Shown here: piece after piece, positions 9,405 to 18,829 of the stretch | Position numbering within the stretch: position 1 is the stretch's first letter | Layout of the letters: each line of letters opens with the position of its first letter | Assembly (NCBI GenBank): GCA_027021705.1 | Contig: JALUTT010000144.1 | Coordinates: forward strand, 1 to 64,000 | Direction of reading: 5' to 3' | DNA: 64,000 nucleotides | From: Anaerolineae bacterium | Lineage (GTDB): Bacteria > Chloroflexota > Anaerolineae > S140-20 | Notes under the pieces: generated by a model | The model's input: only the letters and a program-made list of their open reading frames with translations | Databases searched by the model: none | Told to the model about the DNA's origin: nothing | Made by a program: the position numbers and the translations under genes

Positions 9405-10585
9405 GGGATGTGCGCATCGTGATGCTCACCACCCGTTTCCCCCCCGACTACGGCGGCGGGGCCCGCCACGCCCTGGGGCTTTGCCACAAGCTGGCAGCGC
9501 GAGGGGTGACCACCTTCGTCGTCACCGGCCACCGGGGGCAAGGCGTTGTCCACGACCGGGTGGAAGGCATTCCCGTCACCCGCTTGCCCCTGCCCCGGCA
9601 AGGGGGAACCGGAGTCCTGCCCTTCTACCTCCGGCTGCTGCGGCTGCTTCTGGCCCGCCGGCACGACTACGACCTGATCCACGCCCACGCCGTGCACCAC
9701 CACGCCTACGCCGGCTTCCTGATCGGTCGGCTGCTGGGCAAGCCCGCCATCGCCAAGATCGCCCTGCTGGGCCACGACGACCCGGCCTCCTTCGCCCGCC
9801 GACGGTTGGGGCGCGTGCAGATGGGCCTGATCCGCCAGGCCAGCACCCTCGTCGCTACCAGCCGGGAGATGGTCGAAGCGGTCCAGGCCACCGGCTGGCC
9901 CGCCGACCGGTTGGTCTACATCCCCAACGGCGTGGATGCCGACCGTTTCTGTCCCTTGGACGGTCGGGAGCGGCCGGCGTTGCGCCGTCGCCTGGACCTG
10001 CCCGAGGACGCTTTCGTCCTCCTCTTCGTCGGCCTCGTCGTCCGTCGCAAGGGGGTTGACCTCTTGGCCCAAGCCTGGCCGCAGATCAGGAAGGCCCAGC
10101 CCCAGGCTCACCTGGTGCTCGTCGGACCCCATTCGGGGCGGGAGCACTGGGGTGTGGATGAGCGATACGTTGCCGAGGTGAAGGCATCGTTGGCCCAGGG
10201 GGGCGACGGAGCCCCCGTGCGCTTTGTGGGGATGGTCGCCGATCCGATCCCCTACCTGCAGGCCGCCGACCTCTTCGTCTTTCCATCCCGCCAGGAGGGG
10301 ATGCCCAATGCCCTGCTGGAAGCGATGGCCTGTGGCCTCCCCTTCGTCGCCACCCGGCTGGGCTGCATCGAAGAGATGGCCCCCTCGGAGCAGCGTCCGT
10401 ATCTGGTCCCCACCGACGATGTTGGGGCCCTAGCCGAGGCCATCATCTCCCTGGCCCGGGACGCCAACGCACGCCGCGAACTCAGCATCGCCGTCCGCCG
10501 CACCGTCGAGACGCACTTCTCTTTGGACGCCGTCGCCGATCAATACCGGACGCTTTACCGGCAGCTTCTGGAGGAAAGAGGATGA
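9401..10585 (+). CDS. Glycosyltransferase family 4
   Basis: IPNGVD, RKG, PSRQEGMPNALLEAMACG. Confidence 0.9.
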   Translation: MRDVRIVMLTTRFPPDYGGGARHALGLCHKLAARGVTTFVVTGHRGQGVVHDRVEGIPVTRLPLPRQGGTGVLPFYLRLLRLLLARRHDYDLIHAHAVHHHAYAGFLIGRLLGKPAIAKIALLGHDDPASFARRRLGRVQMGLIRQASTLVATSREMVEAVQATGWPADRLVYIPNGVDADRFCPLDGRERPALRRRLDLPEDAFVLLFVGLVVRRKGVDLLAQAWPQIRKAQPQAHLVLVGPHSGREHWGVDERYVAEVKASLAQGGDGAPVRFVGMVADPIPYLQAADLFVFPSRQEGMPNALLEAMACGLPFVATRLGCIEEMAPSEQRPYLVPTDDVGALAEAIISLARDANARRELSIAVRRTVETHFSLDAVADQYRTLYRQLLEERG

Positions 10586-12156
10586 GTCGAACGATCGTAC
10601 TGGGCCTCGACGGGGCCAACTGGCCCCTGCTGGAGCCCTGGCTGGAAATCGGTGACCTGCCTAACCTGGCTCTCCTGCGCGAGCAGGCCGCCTGGGGCCC
10701 GCTCACCAGCCAACTCCCCCCCGTTACCTCGCCCAACTGGCGCTGCTACGCCACCGGACGCAATCCGGCCAAGCTGGGCGTCTTCTGGTGGGAGATCGTG
10801 GACCGAGAGCGCCGAACTATCCGCCATCCCACGGCCCGCGACTTCCACACCCGCCCCTTCTGGCACGACCTGGCCGAGGCCGGGCACCGGGTCGCCGTGA
10901 TCAACTTCCCCACCGGCTACCCGCCCGATCCCATCCCCAACGGGCGCTTCACCGCCGGTGGCCCAGGGGCTCGGGATACCGGCTTCGCCTTTCCTACCTC
11001 GTGGGAGGCCGACCTGCGCCGCCGCTATGCCTACCGCGTCCACCCCACCGACGTGCTTCGCAGCGCCGCCCAGGTTCGGGCTCGCCTCGACGAGATCCTC
11101 GCCCTGATGCAGTCCCGCTTCGACGTCGCCTTCGACCTGCTGAGAGAAGGAGTGGACTTCCTGCACATCACCCTCTTCTACACCAACGTGCTCCAACACT
11201 TCTGGTATCGGGGCGAACCGACCCGGACTGGCTGGAAGCTGGTGGACCTCAACCTGGGCCGGCTGCGTCGGATGGCGGCCGAGGGCGGCTACAACCTGCT
11301 CCTGATGTCCGACCACGGCTGCGCCCCTGTGGACACCGTCTTCTATGTCAACACCTGGCTGGCCCAGGAGAGCTACCTGGCGGTTACCCTCCCGGCGACT
11401 GCCTCTCGCCTCGATCGCTGGGGGCTGGATCGGCAGCGGCTCATCGGGCTGGCCCGCCGCACCGGGTTGGCCCCCCTGCTCCGGCGGCTGGTGCCGGAGC
11501 GCTGGCAACGGGCGATCCCCGGCCGAGGGGGCACCTTTGCCAAAGAGGCCAAGGCCGAGCACGTGGACTGGGAGCGCAGTCGCGCCATCGCCAGCGGTCA
11601 GGGCCCCATCTACCTGCTCCTGCCGCCCGACCACCCCGACTACGAACCGCTGCGGGAGGAGATCGCGACCAAGCTGGCTGCTCTGCGCAATCCCCGCACC
11701 GGTCAGCCCGTCGTTGCCCGCGTGCTCCGGCGGGAAGAGGTCTATGAAGGTCCCTTCTTCCACCAAGCCCCCGATCTTATCTTCGAGCAGGGGCCGGGCA
11801 TCCACACCAGTGGCAGCGTGGGGCATCCCCGCGTCTTCGCGCCGCCGGAGAAGTGGGCCGCCGACAACGTCGTCGAGGGGCTCTTCCTGGCCTGGGGGCC
11901 GGATTTCACGCCCCAAGGCCACGTCGAAGGCACCCGCATCTTGGACTTGGCCCCTACCATCCTGCACCTGATGGGGGTGCCGATTCCCGATGACGTGGAC
12001 GGACGAGTGCTCGATCACCTCTTCGCCCCCGATAGCGAGGCCGCCCGTCGTCCTGTGGCCTTCCGCCCCGCCGACGCTCAGGCCGATGCTACCTACACGG
12101 CCGAGGATGAAGCCCAGATCGCCGATCGGCTGGCCGCTTTGGGATACCTGGAGTGA
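10582..12156 (+). CDS. Alkaline-phosphatase superfamily (nucleotide pyrophosphatase/phosphodiesterase-type) protein
   Basis: VLGLDGA, PPVTSPNW, SDHG, DLAPTIL, C-terminal RLAALGYL. Confidence 0.85.
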   Translation: MSRTIVLGLDGANWPLLEPWLEIGDLPNLALLREQAAWGPLTSQLPPVTSPNWRCYATGRNPAKLGVFWWEIVDRERRTIRHPTARDFHTRPFWHDLAEAGHRVAVINFPTGYPPDPIPNGRFTAGGPGARDTGFAFPTSWEADLRRRYAYRVHPTDVLRSAAQVRARLDEILALMQSRFDVAFDLLREGVDFLHITLFYTNVLQHFWYRGEPTRTGWKLVDLNLGRLRRMAAEGGYNLLLMSDHGCAPVDTVFYVNTWLAQESYLAVTLPATASRLDRWGLDRQRLIGLARRTGLAPLLRRLVPERWQRAIPGRGGTFAKEAKAEHVDWERSRAIASGQGPIYLLLPPDHPDYEPLREEIATKLAALRNPRTGQPVVARVLRREEVYEGPFFHQAPDLIFEQGPGIHTSGSVGHPRVFAPPEKWAADNVVEGLFLAWGPDFTPQGHVEGTRILDLAPTILHLMGVPIPDDVDGRVLDHLFAPDSEAARRPVAFRPADAQADATYTAEDEAQIADRLAALGYLE

Positions 12157-12164
12157 GACCCGCC

Positions 12165-12551
12165 ATGAACCGATCCCAAGACTGGTTTCGGCAGGCAGAG
12201 CGAGACCTGGAACAGGCAGAGGATGCCCGTCGGGCCGGACGCCACGAGTGGGCCTGCTTCGCCGCCCAGCAGGCGGCCGAGAAGGCGGTCAAGGCCCTGC
12301 ACCTCTTCCTGGGCCAGGAGGCGTGGGGGCACGTTGTGGCCCGTTTGCTCCGAGAGCTTCCCGACCACATCCCCGTCTCCGACCATCTCATGGACCAGGC
12401 CAAGGTGCTGGACAACTTTTACATCCCTACCCGCTACCCCAATGGTCACCCGGAGGGCGCTCCCTTCGAGCACTACGGCCCCCTCCAAAGCCAGGAGGCG
12501 ATCCGGCATGCCCGTGCGATCCTTGAGTTCGTCCGTCTTCAAATGGCCTGA
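12165..12551 (+). CDS. HEPN domain protein
   Basis: DWFRQAERDL...FAAQQAAEKAVKA...GH...LDNFYIPTRYP. Confidence 0.9.
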   Translation: MNRSQDWFRQAERDLEQAEDARRAGRHEWACFAAQQAAEKAVKALHLFLGQEAWGHVVARLLRELPDHIPVSDHLMDQAKVLDNFYIPTRYPNGHPEGAPFEHYGPLQSQEAIRHARAILEFVRLQMA

Positions 12552-12906
12552 TGCCCATCAGGTGGACGAGGCCGTGCGCCGATGGGCAGAAACGGTGGGG
12601 CCGGCCCACGCGGAGGTGCTGCGCATCGGTTACATCGGCTCCTACGCCCGAGGGGATTGGGGCGTTGGCAGTGACCTCGACCTCTTCATCCTGGTGGAAC
12701 GGAGTGACCTGCCCTTTGACCAGAGGGCTTCGCACTGGGATACCACAGCCCTGCCGGTCCCCACCGATGTGTGGGTCTACACCCGTGAGGAGTGGGAGCG
12801 GATGGCCGCTCAGGAGCGTCGTTTCTACCGAGAGGTCACGCGCGAGGCCGTCTGGGTCTACGAGCGATCAGGGCACCCCCTACACGAGGAGCACGATGAA
12901 CCTTGA
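12508..12906 (+). CDS. MNT nucleotidyltransferase (partner of the HEPN)
   Basis: IGSYARGDWGVGSDLDL; DVWVYT.EEW. Confidence 0.88.
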   Translation: MPVRSLSSSVFKWPDAHQVDEAVRRWAETVGPAHAEVLRIGYIGSYARGDWGVGSDLDLFILVERSDLPFDQRASHWDTTALPVPTDVWVYTREEWERMAAQERRFYREVTREAVWVYERSGHPLHEEHDEP

Positions 12907-13747
12907 GGCCATCACCCCCCGGCTGGCGATCCCCGCCCAGGCGCTGGTCCTGGAGATCGGCAGCGGTCATCGCCCTCACCCCTGTGCCGACGTGCTGACG
13001 GACAAGTACCTGGAGGACATCGAACGGGGAGGGCGGCTGGTGACCGATCGGCCCTTCGTCCAGGCCGATGCGGAGCGGCTGCCTTTCAAGCCCCAGGTCT
13101 TCGACTACGCCATCTGCCGCCACGTGTTGGAGCACCTGGAGGACCCTGGGGCCTTCTTCCAGGAGGTCAGCCGGGTGGCGCGGGCCGGCTACATCGAAGC
13201 CCCCACGGCCATCTGGGAGCGGCTTCACCCCTCCCGCCCTTACCATCGCTGGTACGTGCTGGAGGTGGATGGAGAACTGCTCCTGATGCCCAAGCCACCG
13301 TCCGATGCCCGCTCTCCCCTGGGCCGCCTCTTCGAGACGCTGAACCGCTACAGCCCGGAGTACCGCCTCTTCATCCGGCGCTATGCCGACCTCTTCTACG
13401 TTCGTCATCGGTGGCGGGGGCGGGTCCGGTATCGCATAGTCTCCCCCGACGCCGAGGCTCGGGCCTGGTTCCTGGAGCCCTGGGATGCCGAACGGATCGC
13501 CCGGTTTGTGCCCCCTCGCAGCCCGCTTCGGCAGGCGCTGGACCTGCTGGTGGGAGCGGTGGGTAGCGTGATCGGGGGCGGGCTGCGCCGGCTCCCCCGC
13601 CCCTCGCTCCCGCGCCGGCGGCGCCCCATGGACCTGGCCGCCCTGATGCAGTGCCCCCACTGCGCCCACCAGACCATTGTGGTCGAGGAGGGGCATGCCC
13701 GTTGTCCGACCTGCGGATGGCAGACCGTCGTCGTCTTGCCCTCGTGA
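12896..13747 (+). CDS. Class I SAM-dependent methyltransferase with C-terminal Zn-ribbon
   Basis: VLEIGSG, QADAERLPF, HVLEHLEDP; CPHC...CPTC. Confidence 0.8.
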   Translation: MNLEAITPRLAIPAQALVLEIGSGHRPHPCADVLTDKYLEDIERGGRLVTDRPFVQADAERLPFKPQVFDYAICRHVLEHLEDPGAFFQEVSRVARAGYIEAPTAIWERLHPSRPYHRWYVLEVDGELLLMPKPPSDARSPLGRLFETLNRYSPEYRLFIRRYADLFYVRHRWRGRVRYRIVSPDAEARAWFLEPWDAERIARFVPPRSPLRQALDLLVGAVGSVIGGGLRRLPRPSLPRRRRPMDLAALMQCPHCAHQTIVVEEGHARCPTCGWQTVVVLPS

Positions 13748-13750
13748 ACG

Positions 13751-14878
13751 ATGACCCGAGTCCTCCTCTTCACCAACACCGTCGCCCCCTATCGGCTGCC
13801 CCTCTTCCAGCGGTTGGCCCAGGAGGTGGACCTGCACGTCCTCTTCGCCCGGAGCCGGGAGGCGGATCGCCGGTGGACCGTTGCGCTGGAGGCCTACCGC
13901 TTCCACCGCACCTTTCTCCCCCATCGGACCCTGCGGCTGGGGAACGCGACCCAGGTCTTCCACCCCGGGCTGCTGGCCCACCTACGCCGTCATCCTTTCG
14001 ACGTAGCCATCCTGGGTGACAACCGCCAGACCGCCTTGAGCGGGCTTTTGATCGTGCTGGTCGCCCGGCTCCGACGGCGTCCCTGGATCGTTTGGACGGG
14101 GATCACCTCCGGCGAGGAGCGGGTGGCCCGCAGCGCCCGGGCGCTCCAGCGGCTTCTTGCCCGCTATCGGCGCCGGCTCTTCCGACGGGCGGCGGCGGTG
14201 GTGGCCTACGGAACGGCCACCCGGCGTTACCTGGTCGAGATGGGCGTTCCCGAAACCCGATGCTTCGCCGGCACCCAGGTCGTTCCGGCGGAACAGCTCC
14301 CCCCACCCCTGGCCGATCGTGCGGCGCTGGGGGTGGCCGGCAAGCGGGTCGTCCTCAGCGTTAGCTACCTGGTGCCCCGCAAGGGGCTGGACCGGCTCAT
14401 CCGGGCCTTTCAGCGGGTTGCCGGCCCCGAGGATCGGCTGATCCTGGTGGGAAGCGGTCCAGAGGAAGCCCCGCTCCGGGCGCTGGCCGGCGACGACCCT
14501 CGCATTCGCTTCCCCGGCTACCTGGAAGGAGGCCACAAGACCGCCTGGTATGCGGCGGCCGACCTCTTCGTCCTGCCGACGCTCCACGATCCGTGGGGGC
14601 TGGTGGTCAACGAGGCGATGGCCTTTGGCCTGCCCATCGTGACCACCGATGCGGCCGGCTGTGCCCCCGACCTGGTGCAGGATAACGGCCTCGTCGTCCC
14701 CGCCGGCGATGAAAGGGCGCTGGCCGACGCCCTGGCCCGGCTGCTCTCCGATGAGCCGTTGCGCCGCCGGATGGGCGCACGGTCGCGGGAGATCATCGCC
14801 GGATACACCGTGGACTGGGCCGGCCAGACCTTCCTGCGAGCCATCCACCACGCCCTGGAGCAGGGGAGGCGGGGATGA
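13751..14878 (+). CDS. Glycosyltransferase family 4
   Basis: APYR, RKG, DPWGLVVNEAMA.GLP. Confidence 0.9.
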   Translation: MTRVLLFTNTVAPYRLPLFQRLAQEVDLHVLFARSREADRRWTVALEAYRFHRTFLPHRTLRLGNATQVFHPGLLAHLRRHPFDVAILGDNRQTALSGLLIVLVARLRRRPWIVWTGITSGEERVARSARALQRLLARYRRRLFRRAAAVVAYGTATRRYLVEMGVPETRCFAGTQVVPAEQLPPPLADRAALGVAGKRVVLSVSYLVPRKGLDRLIRAFQRVAGPEDRLILVGSGPEEAPLRALAGDDPRIRFPGYLEGGHKTAWYAAADLFVLPTLHDPWGLVVNEAMAFGLPIVTTDAAGCAPDLVQDNGLVVPAGDERALADALARLLSDEPLRRRMGARSREIIAGYTVDWAGQTFLRAIHHALEQGRRG

Positions 14879-15663
14879 GCGTCGTCCTCACCGGGGATGT
14901 GCACCACGCCCTTGGCTCCGCCGACCAGCGGTTCGTCCGCCTCAGCGAGGCCGCCCTGGCGGTGGAGTACGCCCACATTGCGGACCGCTATGGCTTGAAG
15001 GTCACCCTCTTCCTCACCGGACGGGCCGTCGTCGAGGATGAGGCCGACGCCGCGCCCCTGGTGACGATGGACCACGTGGAGATCGGCGGCCACGGTTGGG
15101 ATGCCCTCCGGCCCCGCTGGTGGCATGGCCTGCTGAACCGCCTCCTCGGCTCGCCGCACGGCCTTCCGTGGCTCCAGCGCCGGATGATCCGGCGCACCTG
15201 TGAGACCCTCGCAGCCTTCACCGGACGGCCGGTGCGGAGTTGGCGCAACCACGCCTACCGTCACGACCGGCACACCCCCCGCCTGCTGGCCGAGGCCGGC
15301 GTGCTCGCCTGGTCCGACCAGGTGAGCGCCGACCACCATCGGCCCTGGCGTCATCCTGCGGGCATCGTGGTGTTGCCCCTCAACACCCTGTCCGATCACG
15401 AGCACCTTTACCACGGCGTGCGAACGCCCGCCTTCGTCGCCGCCGAGGGGCGCGGTCCCTCCTACACGCCGGAACGGTGGCTGGAACGGGTCTGCGCCCA
15501 GGTGGACCGAATCGTCGGGGCCGGAGGGGTAGCGACCCTCCTGGCCCATCCCATCTGCATGAAGGTGGCCGACGACTTTGCCACCTTTGAGCGGCTGTGC
15601 GCCTTCCTCGCCCGCTATCCCAGCCTGTTCGCCCGGGAGGCTGCCGAACGATGCACCTGCTGA
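14875..15663 (+). CDS. Polysaccharide deacetylase family protein
   Basis: TGDVHH, TLFLTG, EIGGHGW, LLAHP. Confidence 0.7.
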   Translation: MSVVLTGDVHHALGSADQRFVRLSEAALAVEYAHIADRYGLKVTLFLTGRAVVEDEADAAPLVTMDHVEIGGHGWDALRPRWWHGLLNRLLGSPHGLPWLQRRMIRRTCETLAAFTGRPVRSWRNHAYRHDRHTPRLLAEAGVLAWSDQVSADHHRPWRHPAGIVVLPLNTLSDHEHLYHGVRTPAFVAAEGRGPSYTPERWLERVCAQVDRIVGAGGVATLLAHPICMKVADDFATFERLCAFLARYPSLFAREAAERCTC

Positions 15664-16742
15664 TCCTCACCGCCCTCTACCCGCCCGCCGTCGGGGGGGC
15701 GGCCACCTACTTTGGCGACATCGTCCCCCGCCTGCTCCAGCGCCCGGAGATCACCCGGCTGACGGTGCTGACGGAGCGCCTGCCGGGGCAGCCCCGCCGC
15801 CACGTCCGGGGAAAACTCCAGGTCCTGCGCCTCCTGCCCACCCGCGTCAGCCTGCCGCGACGTTCCTGGCCGATCCACGCGGCCACCTACGGGGTGACCC
15901 AACTCTGGTTCATGGCCTATCTGCCGGCCCTGGTCCGACGCCAAGGGGCGGACCTGATCCACTTCCACACCCGCTACCGGGGGCGGCTTTTCTACGCCGC
16001 CCTGCGCCGCTGCAGGGTGCCCGTCGTCGCCGACCTGCGGGATAAGATGAGCGATCCGGCCCGGCTCGCCCGCGTCGCCGATCGGTTGCTCTGCTGTGCC
16101 GAAGGGGTGCAACGCTTCGCCGTCGCCAACGGCTTTCCCGCCGAGCGGACGGCGCTCGTGCCCATCCCCTTCACGCCGCCCGAAGCGCCTTCACCGCAGC
16201 GGGTAGACACCATCCGTCGGCAACACGGGGTGGGCCGGGAGCCCTACCTGCTCTTCGTCGGCGATATGACCTACAACAAGGGCGTCTACGACCTCCTGGA
16301 AGCCTACCGCCGCTGGCGGCCGACGCATCCCCAGGCCCGGCTCCTCTTCGTCGGCGTGAACCGCGAGGGAGATCGCTTCCTCCGGCAGGTCCGGCAGACG
16401 CGCGGGGCGGCCTACCTGGGCCATCGGCCCCACCAAGAGGTCCTGGCCTTAATGCGGGGAGCCGAGGTCGTCGTCCTCCCCTCCCGTTCCGAGGGGCTGC
16501 CCCGGGTCATCCTGGAAGCGGTGGCCTTGGGCACCAAGGTGATCTGCCCGCCGGGCATCCCGGAGTTCGAGCGGCATCTGGCCGAGTATGCGCTGCCCGG
16601 CGTGGACGCGGATGCCATCCTGGAGAAACTGGATGCCCTCTGGGAATCGGACAGCGTGCCCGCCTACCCCTTCTCAGAACACGACCCCGACCGGGTGGCG
16701 GAGATGCTTTTGGAGGTCTACACCACCTTCCGCAAGAAGTAG
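15651..16742 (+). CDS. Glycosyltransferase family 4
   Basis: YPPAVGGA, NKG, PSRSEGLPRVILEA. Confidence 0.88.
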   Translation: MHLLILTALYPPAVGGAATYFGDIVPRLLQRPEITRLTVLTERLPGQPRRHVRGKLQVLRLLPTRVSLPRRSWPIHAATYGVTQLWFMAYLPALVRRQGADLIHFHTRYRGRLFYAALRRCRVPVVADLRDKMSDPARLARVADRLLCCAEGVQRFAVANGFPAERTALVPIPFTPPEAPSPQRVDTIRRQHGVGREPYLLFVGDMTYNKGVYDLLEAYRRWRPTHPQARLLFVGVNREGDRFLRQVRQTRGAAYLGHRPHQEVLALMRGAEVVVLPSRSEGLPRVILEAVALGTKVICPPGIPEFERHLAEYALPGVDADAILEKLDALWESDSVPAYPFSEHDPDRVAEMLLEVYTTFRKK

Positions 16743-16757
16743 GGAGAGGGTCCCTCG

Positions 16758-18146
16758 ATGACCGGGCTGATGCGCATCGCCGCGATCTCCAAGGGGGATC
16801 GCCTTATCCTGGCCCTGACCGGCTTCTGCCTGCTGGTCTTCCTGCTCACCATCCCCCTGCCTCGTGCTGACAACCAGCTCGTCGGCTCCGATGGGGTCTA
16901 CTACTACGTCTACCTGCCCTCGCTGCTGTTGGACGGAGACCTGGATTTCCGCGATGAGTACGCCCATTTCTTCGCCTACGATCCGACGAAGGTCGAGCGG
17001 CTTCTCTCGAACCGGACCCCCGTAGGGCGGCTCCCCAACCAGTGGCCCATCGGCCCGGCCATCCTCTGGTCCCCCTTCTTCCTGCTGGCCCACTTGCTGG
17101 CCTCTCTCTTGCGCTGGCTGGGATTCCCCGTCGCCACCGACGGGTACGGCTATCTCTACCAGACCTTCGTCCTCTCCGGGAGTATCCTCTACGGCGGGGC
17201 CGGCTTGCTCCTCGTCTACCGCTTTGCGCGGGCGATGGTCTCCGAGCAGGCCGCCCTGGTTGCCACCGGACTGATCGCCTTGGCCGGCAACCTGATCTAC
17301 TACCTGACCGCCGAGCCCTACATGGCCCACACCCTCTCCGTCTTCGCCAGCGGGCTCTTCTTCCACACCTGGCTTCGCCGCCGGGGCCGGCCTGGGATCC
17401 GAACCGCGCTGCTGTACGGCCTGTTGGGGGGGCTGATGGCCCTGATCCGCCCCCAGGATGGCCTCTTCATGGCCCTCCCCTTCCTGGCCCGGCTCCCCCC
17501 GGCCTGGCGCGGCCTGCGAGGTGGGGACAGAAGGCCGGCTATCGGGCTGCTACGGGATGTGTTGATTGCCGGATCGGTTGCTCTCCTCGTCTTCAGCCCT
17601 CAGATGGTGGTCTGGGGGGTACTCTACGGCAACCCCTTCCGCAGCCCCTACACCTACCATCCGGGCACCGACTTCTACTGGCTCTCCCCCCGGCTGGGGG
17701 CCGTCCTCTTCTCCGCCTTCCGGGGCCTCTTCACCTGGCACCCCATCTTCTTGCCGGCCTTGGTGGGATTGTTCCCCGCCTACCGTCGGGATCGCACCTT
17801 TGCCCTCCTGGGGGGGCTGGGCTTCGTCGCCCAGTGGTACATCATCAGCAGTTGGCATAATTGGATGCAGGGGGATGCCTTCGGGGGGCGGATGTTCCTC
17901 GTCTGCACTCCCATCTTCGTGATGGGACTGGCCCATCTCATCGAGGAGACGGCGAAGCGCTGGTCCTGGCCGGCCGTCTACGCCCTGGGCGGCCTGCTCC
18001 TGGTCTGGAATTTCCTGCTTTTCGTCGAGTACCGCTTTGACCTGGTGACCGCCCAACGTCCTTCCACGTGGTACGATCTGACGATTGGCCGGGTCACCTT
18101 TCTCCTCACCTTCCTCCAACGCCTGCTGAGGAGACTTGCCACCTGA
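16758..18146 (+). CDS. Polytopic membrane GT-C-like glycosyltransferase
   Basis: SDGVYYYVYLPS..LDGDLDF, many TM helices, W.G.AFGGR. Confidence 0.65.
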   Translation: MTGLMRIAAISKGDRLILALTGFCLLVFLLTIPLPRADNQLVGSDGVYYYVYLPSLLLDGDLDFRDEYAHFFAYDPTKVERLLSNRTPVGRLPNQWPIGPAILWSPFFLLAHLLASLLRWLGFPVATDGYGYLYQTFVLSGSILYGGAGLLLVYRFARAMVSEQAALVATGLIALAGNLIYYLTAEPYMAHTLSVFASGLFFHTWLRRRGRPGIRTALLYGLLGGLMALIRPQDGLFMALPFLARLPPAWRGLRGGDRRPAIGLLRDVLIAGSVALLVFSPQMVVWGVLYGNPFRSPYTYHPGTDFYWLSPRLGAVLFSAFRGLFTWHPIFLPALVGLFPAYRRDRTFALLGGLGFVAQWYIISSWHNWMQGDAFGGRMFLVCTPIFVMGLAHLIEETAKRWSWPAVYALGGLLLVWNFLLFVEYRFDLVTAQRPSTWYDLTIGRVTFLLTFLQRLLRRLAT

Positions 18147-18171
18147 TGGCGGTGGCCGTCTGTTTCGACAC

Positions 18172-18259
18172 CGGCGGTTATCCACATTCGTGCATTTGTG
18201 AGAGATTCGTGGGCGGCCTGCTACGGACCACTCTCTCGCTCACTTGTGGGTAATCACCG
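18172..18259. mobile_element. MITE family A, internally deleted copy
   Basis: Right ~75 bp nearly identical to 33661-33738 and 41630-41706; degenerate left TIR CGGCGGTTATCCACA. Confidence 0.7.
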
Positions 18260-18272
18260 CAATCACCAGACC

Positions 18273-18301
18273 TTGACAGCTTGGCCGGATCGTGCTACAA
18301 T
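18273..18301 (+). promoter_or_regulatory. Sigma70 promoter of the lys operon
   Basis: TTGACA-17 bp-TACAAT with extended TG. Confidence 0.8.
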
Positions 18302-18345
18302 CTGGATCGTTCCAGCTACCCCCTCAAACGGCAGAGAGCGGCACG

Positions 18346-18411
18346 ATGACCACCTCCCTTCTTCTCAAGCGGAGCAAGCAGATCAAGAAGCCAGACCCGG
18401 GGTCTGGGTAG
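18346..18411 (+). CDS. Lys-rich attenuator leader peptide MTTSLLLKRSKQIKKPDPGSG
   Basis: Four AAG codons within eight codons; lies between the promoter and a terminator upstream of lysW. Confidence 0.75.
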   Translation: MTTSLLLKRSKQIKKPDPGSG

Positions 18412-18451
18412 GTCTGCTTGTCCCTTGCCGTACCTGCTGCCATCGGTTCCC

Positions 18452-18494
18452 AAGCCGCTCCCAGGCCCCCAGGACCTGGGAGCGGCTTTTTTTT
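18452..18494 (+). terminator. Attenuator terminator
   Basis: AAGCCGCTCCCAGG / CCTGGGAGCGGCTT stem running into T8. Confidence 0.88.
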
Positions 18495-18510
18495 GTCCCA
18501 TCACGTAACT

Positions 18511-18619
18511 GTTCATCCTCCGCAGGTTGGGCGCGTTTCCGACGCGAAACCGTGCTTCCAATAGCCCATCGGGACTGAAAGCGCCCTCGACCGGTGACCT
18601 GCGGGAGGGTAGGCTGAAT
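18511..18619. repeat. Palindromic-ended repeat family B
   Basis: (A)CCCTCCCGCAGG...CCTGCGGGAGGGT-type ends; near-identical to 45622-45730 and the inverted copy at 20944-21045. Confidence 0.85.
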
Positions 18620-18660
18620 AGATACTCCACCACAACGTTTGTGCACAAGGAGGTGTTCCG

Positions 18661-18828
18661 ATGAGTCCCTACTGTCCTGAATGCGAGGCCGAGATCACCC
18701 TGCCTGACGACGTCCTGGTCGGCGAGATCGTCGTCTGCGACGAGTGCGGCGTCGAACTGGAGGTGATCGCCCTCGATCCGGTCCGCCTGGACCTGGCCCC
18801 CGAGGTGGAAGAGGATTGGGGGGAGTGA
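18661..18828 (+). CDS. lysW: Amino-group carrier protein LysW (missing from the ORF track)
   Basis: [12 protein letters not shown]...[10 protein letters not shown]...EVEEDWGE*; two CxxC, EDWGE terminus, RBS AAGGAGGT. Confidence 0.97.
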   Translation: MSPYCPECEAEITLPDDVLVGEIVVCDECGVELEVIALDPVRLDLAPEVEEDWGE

Positions 18829-18829
18829 G

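Noticed and set aside
18302..18500. Lysine riboswitch or T-box
   Set aside because: No L-box or T-box consensus seen; the leader-peptide model explains the pairings
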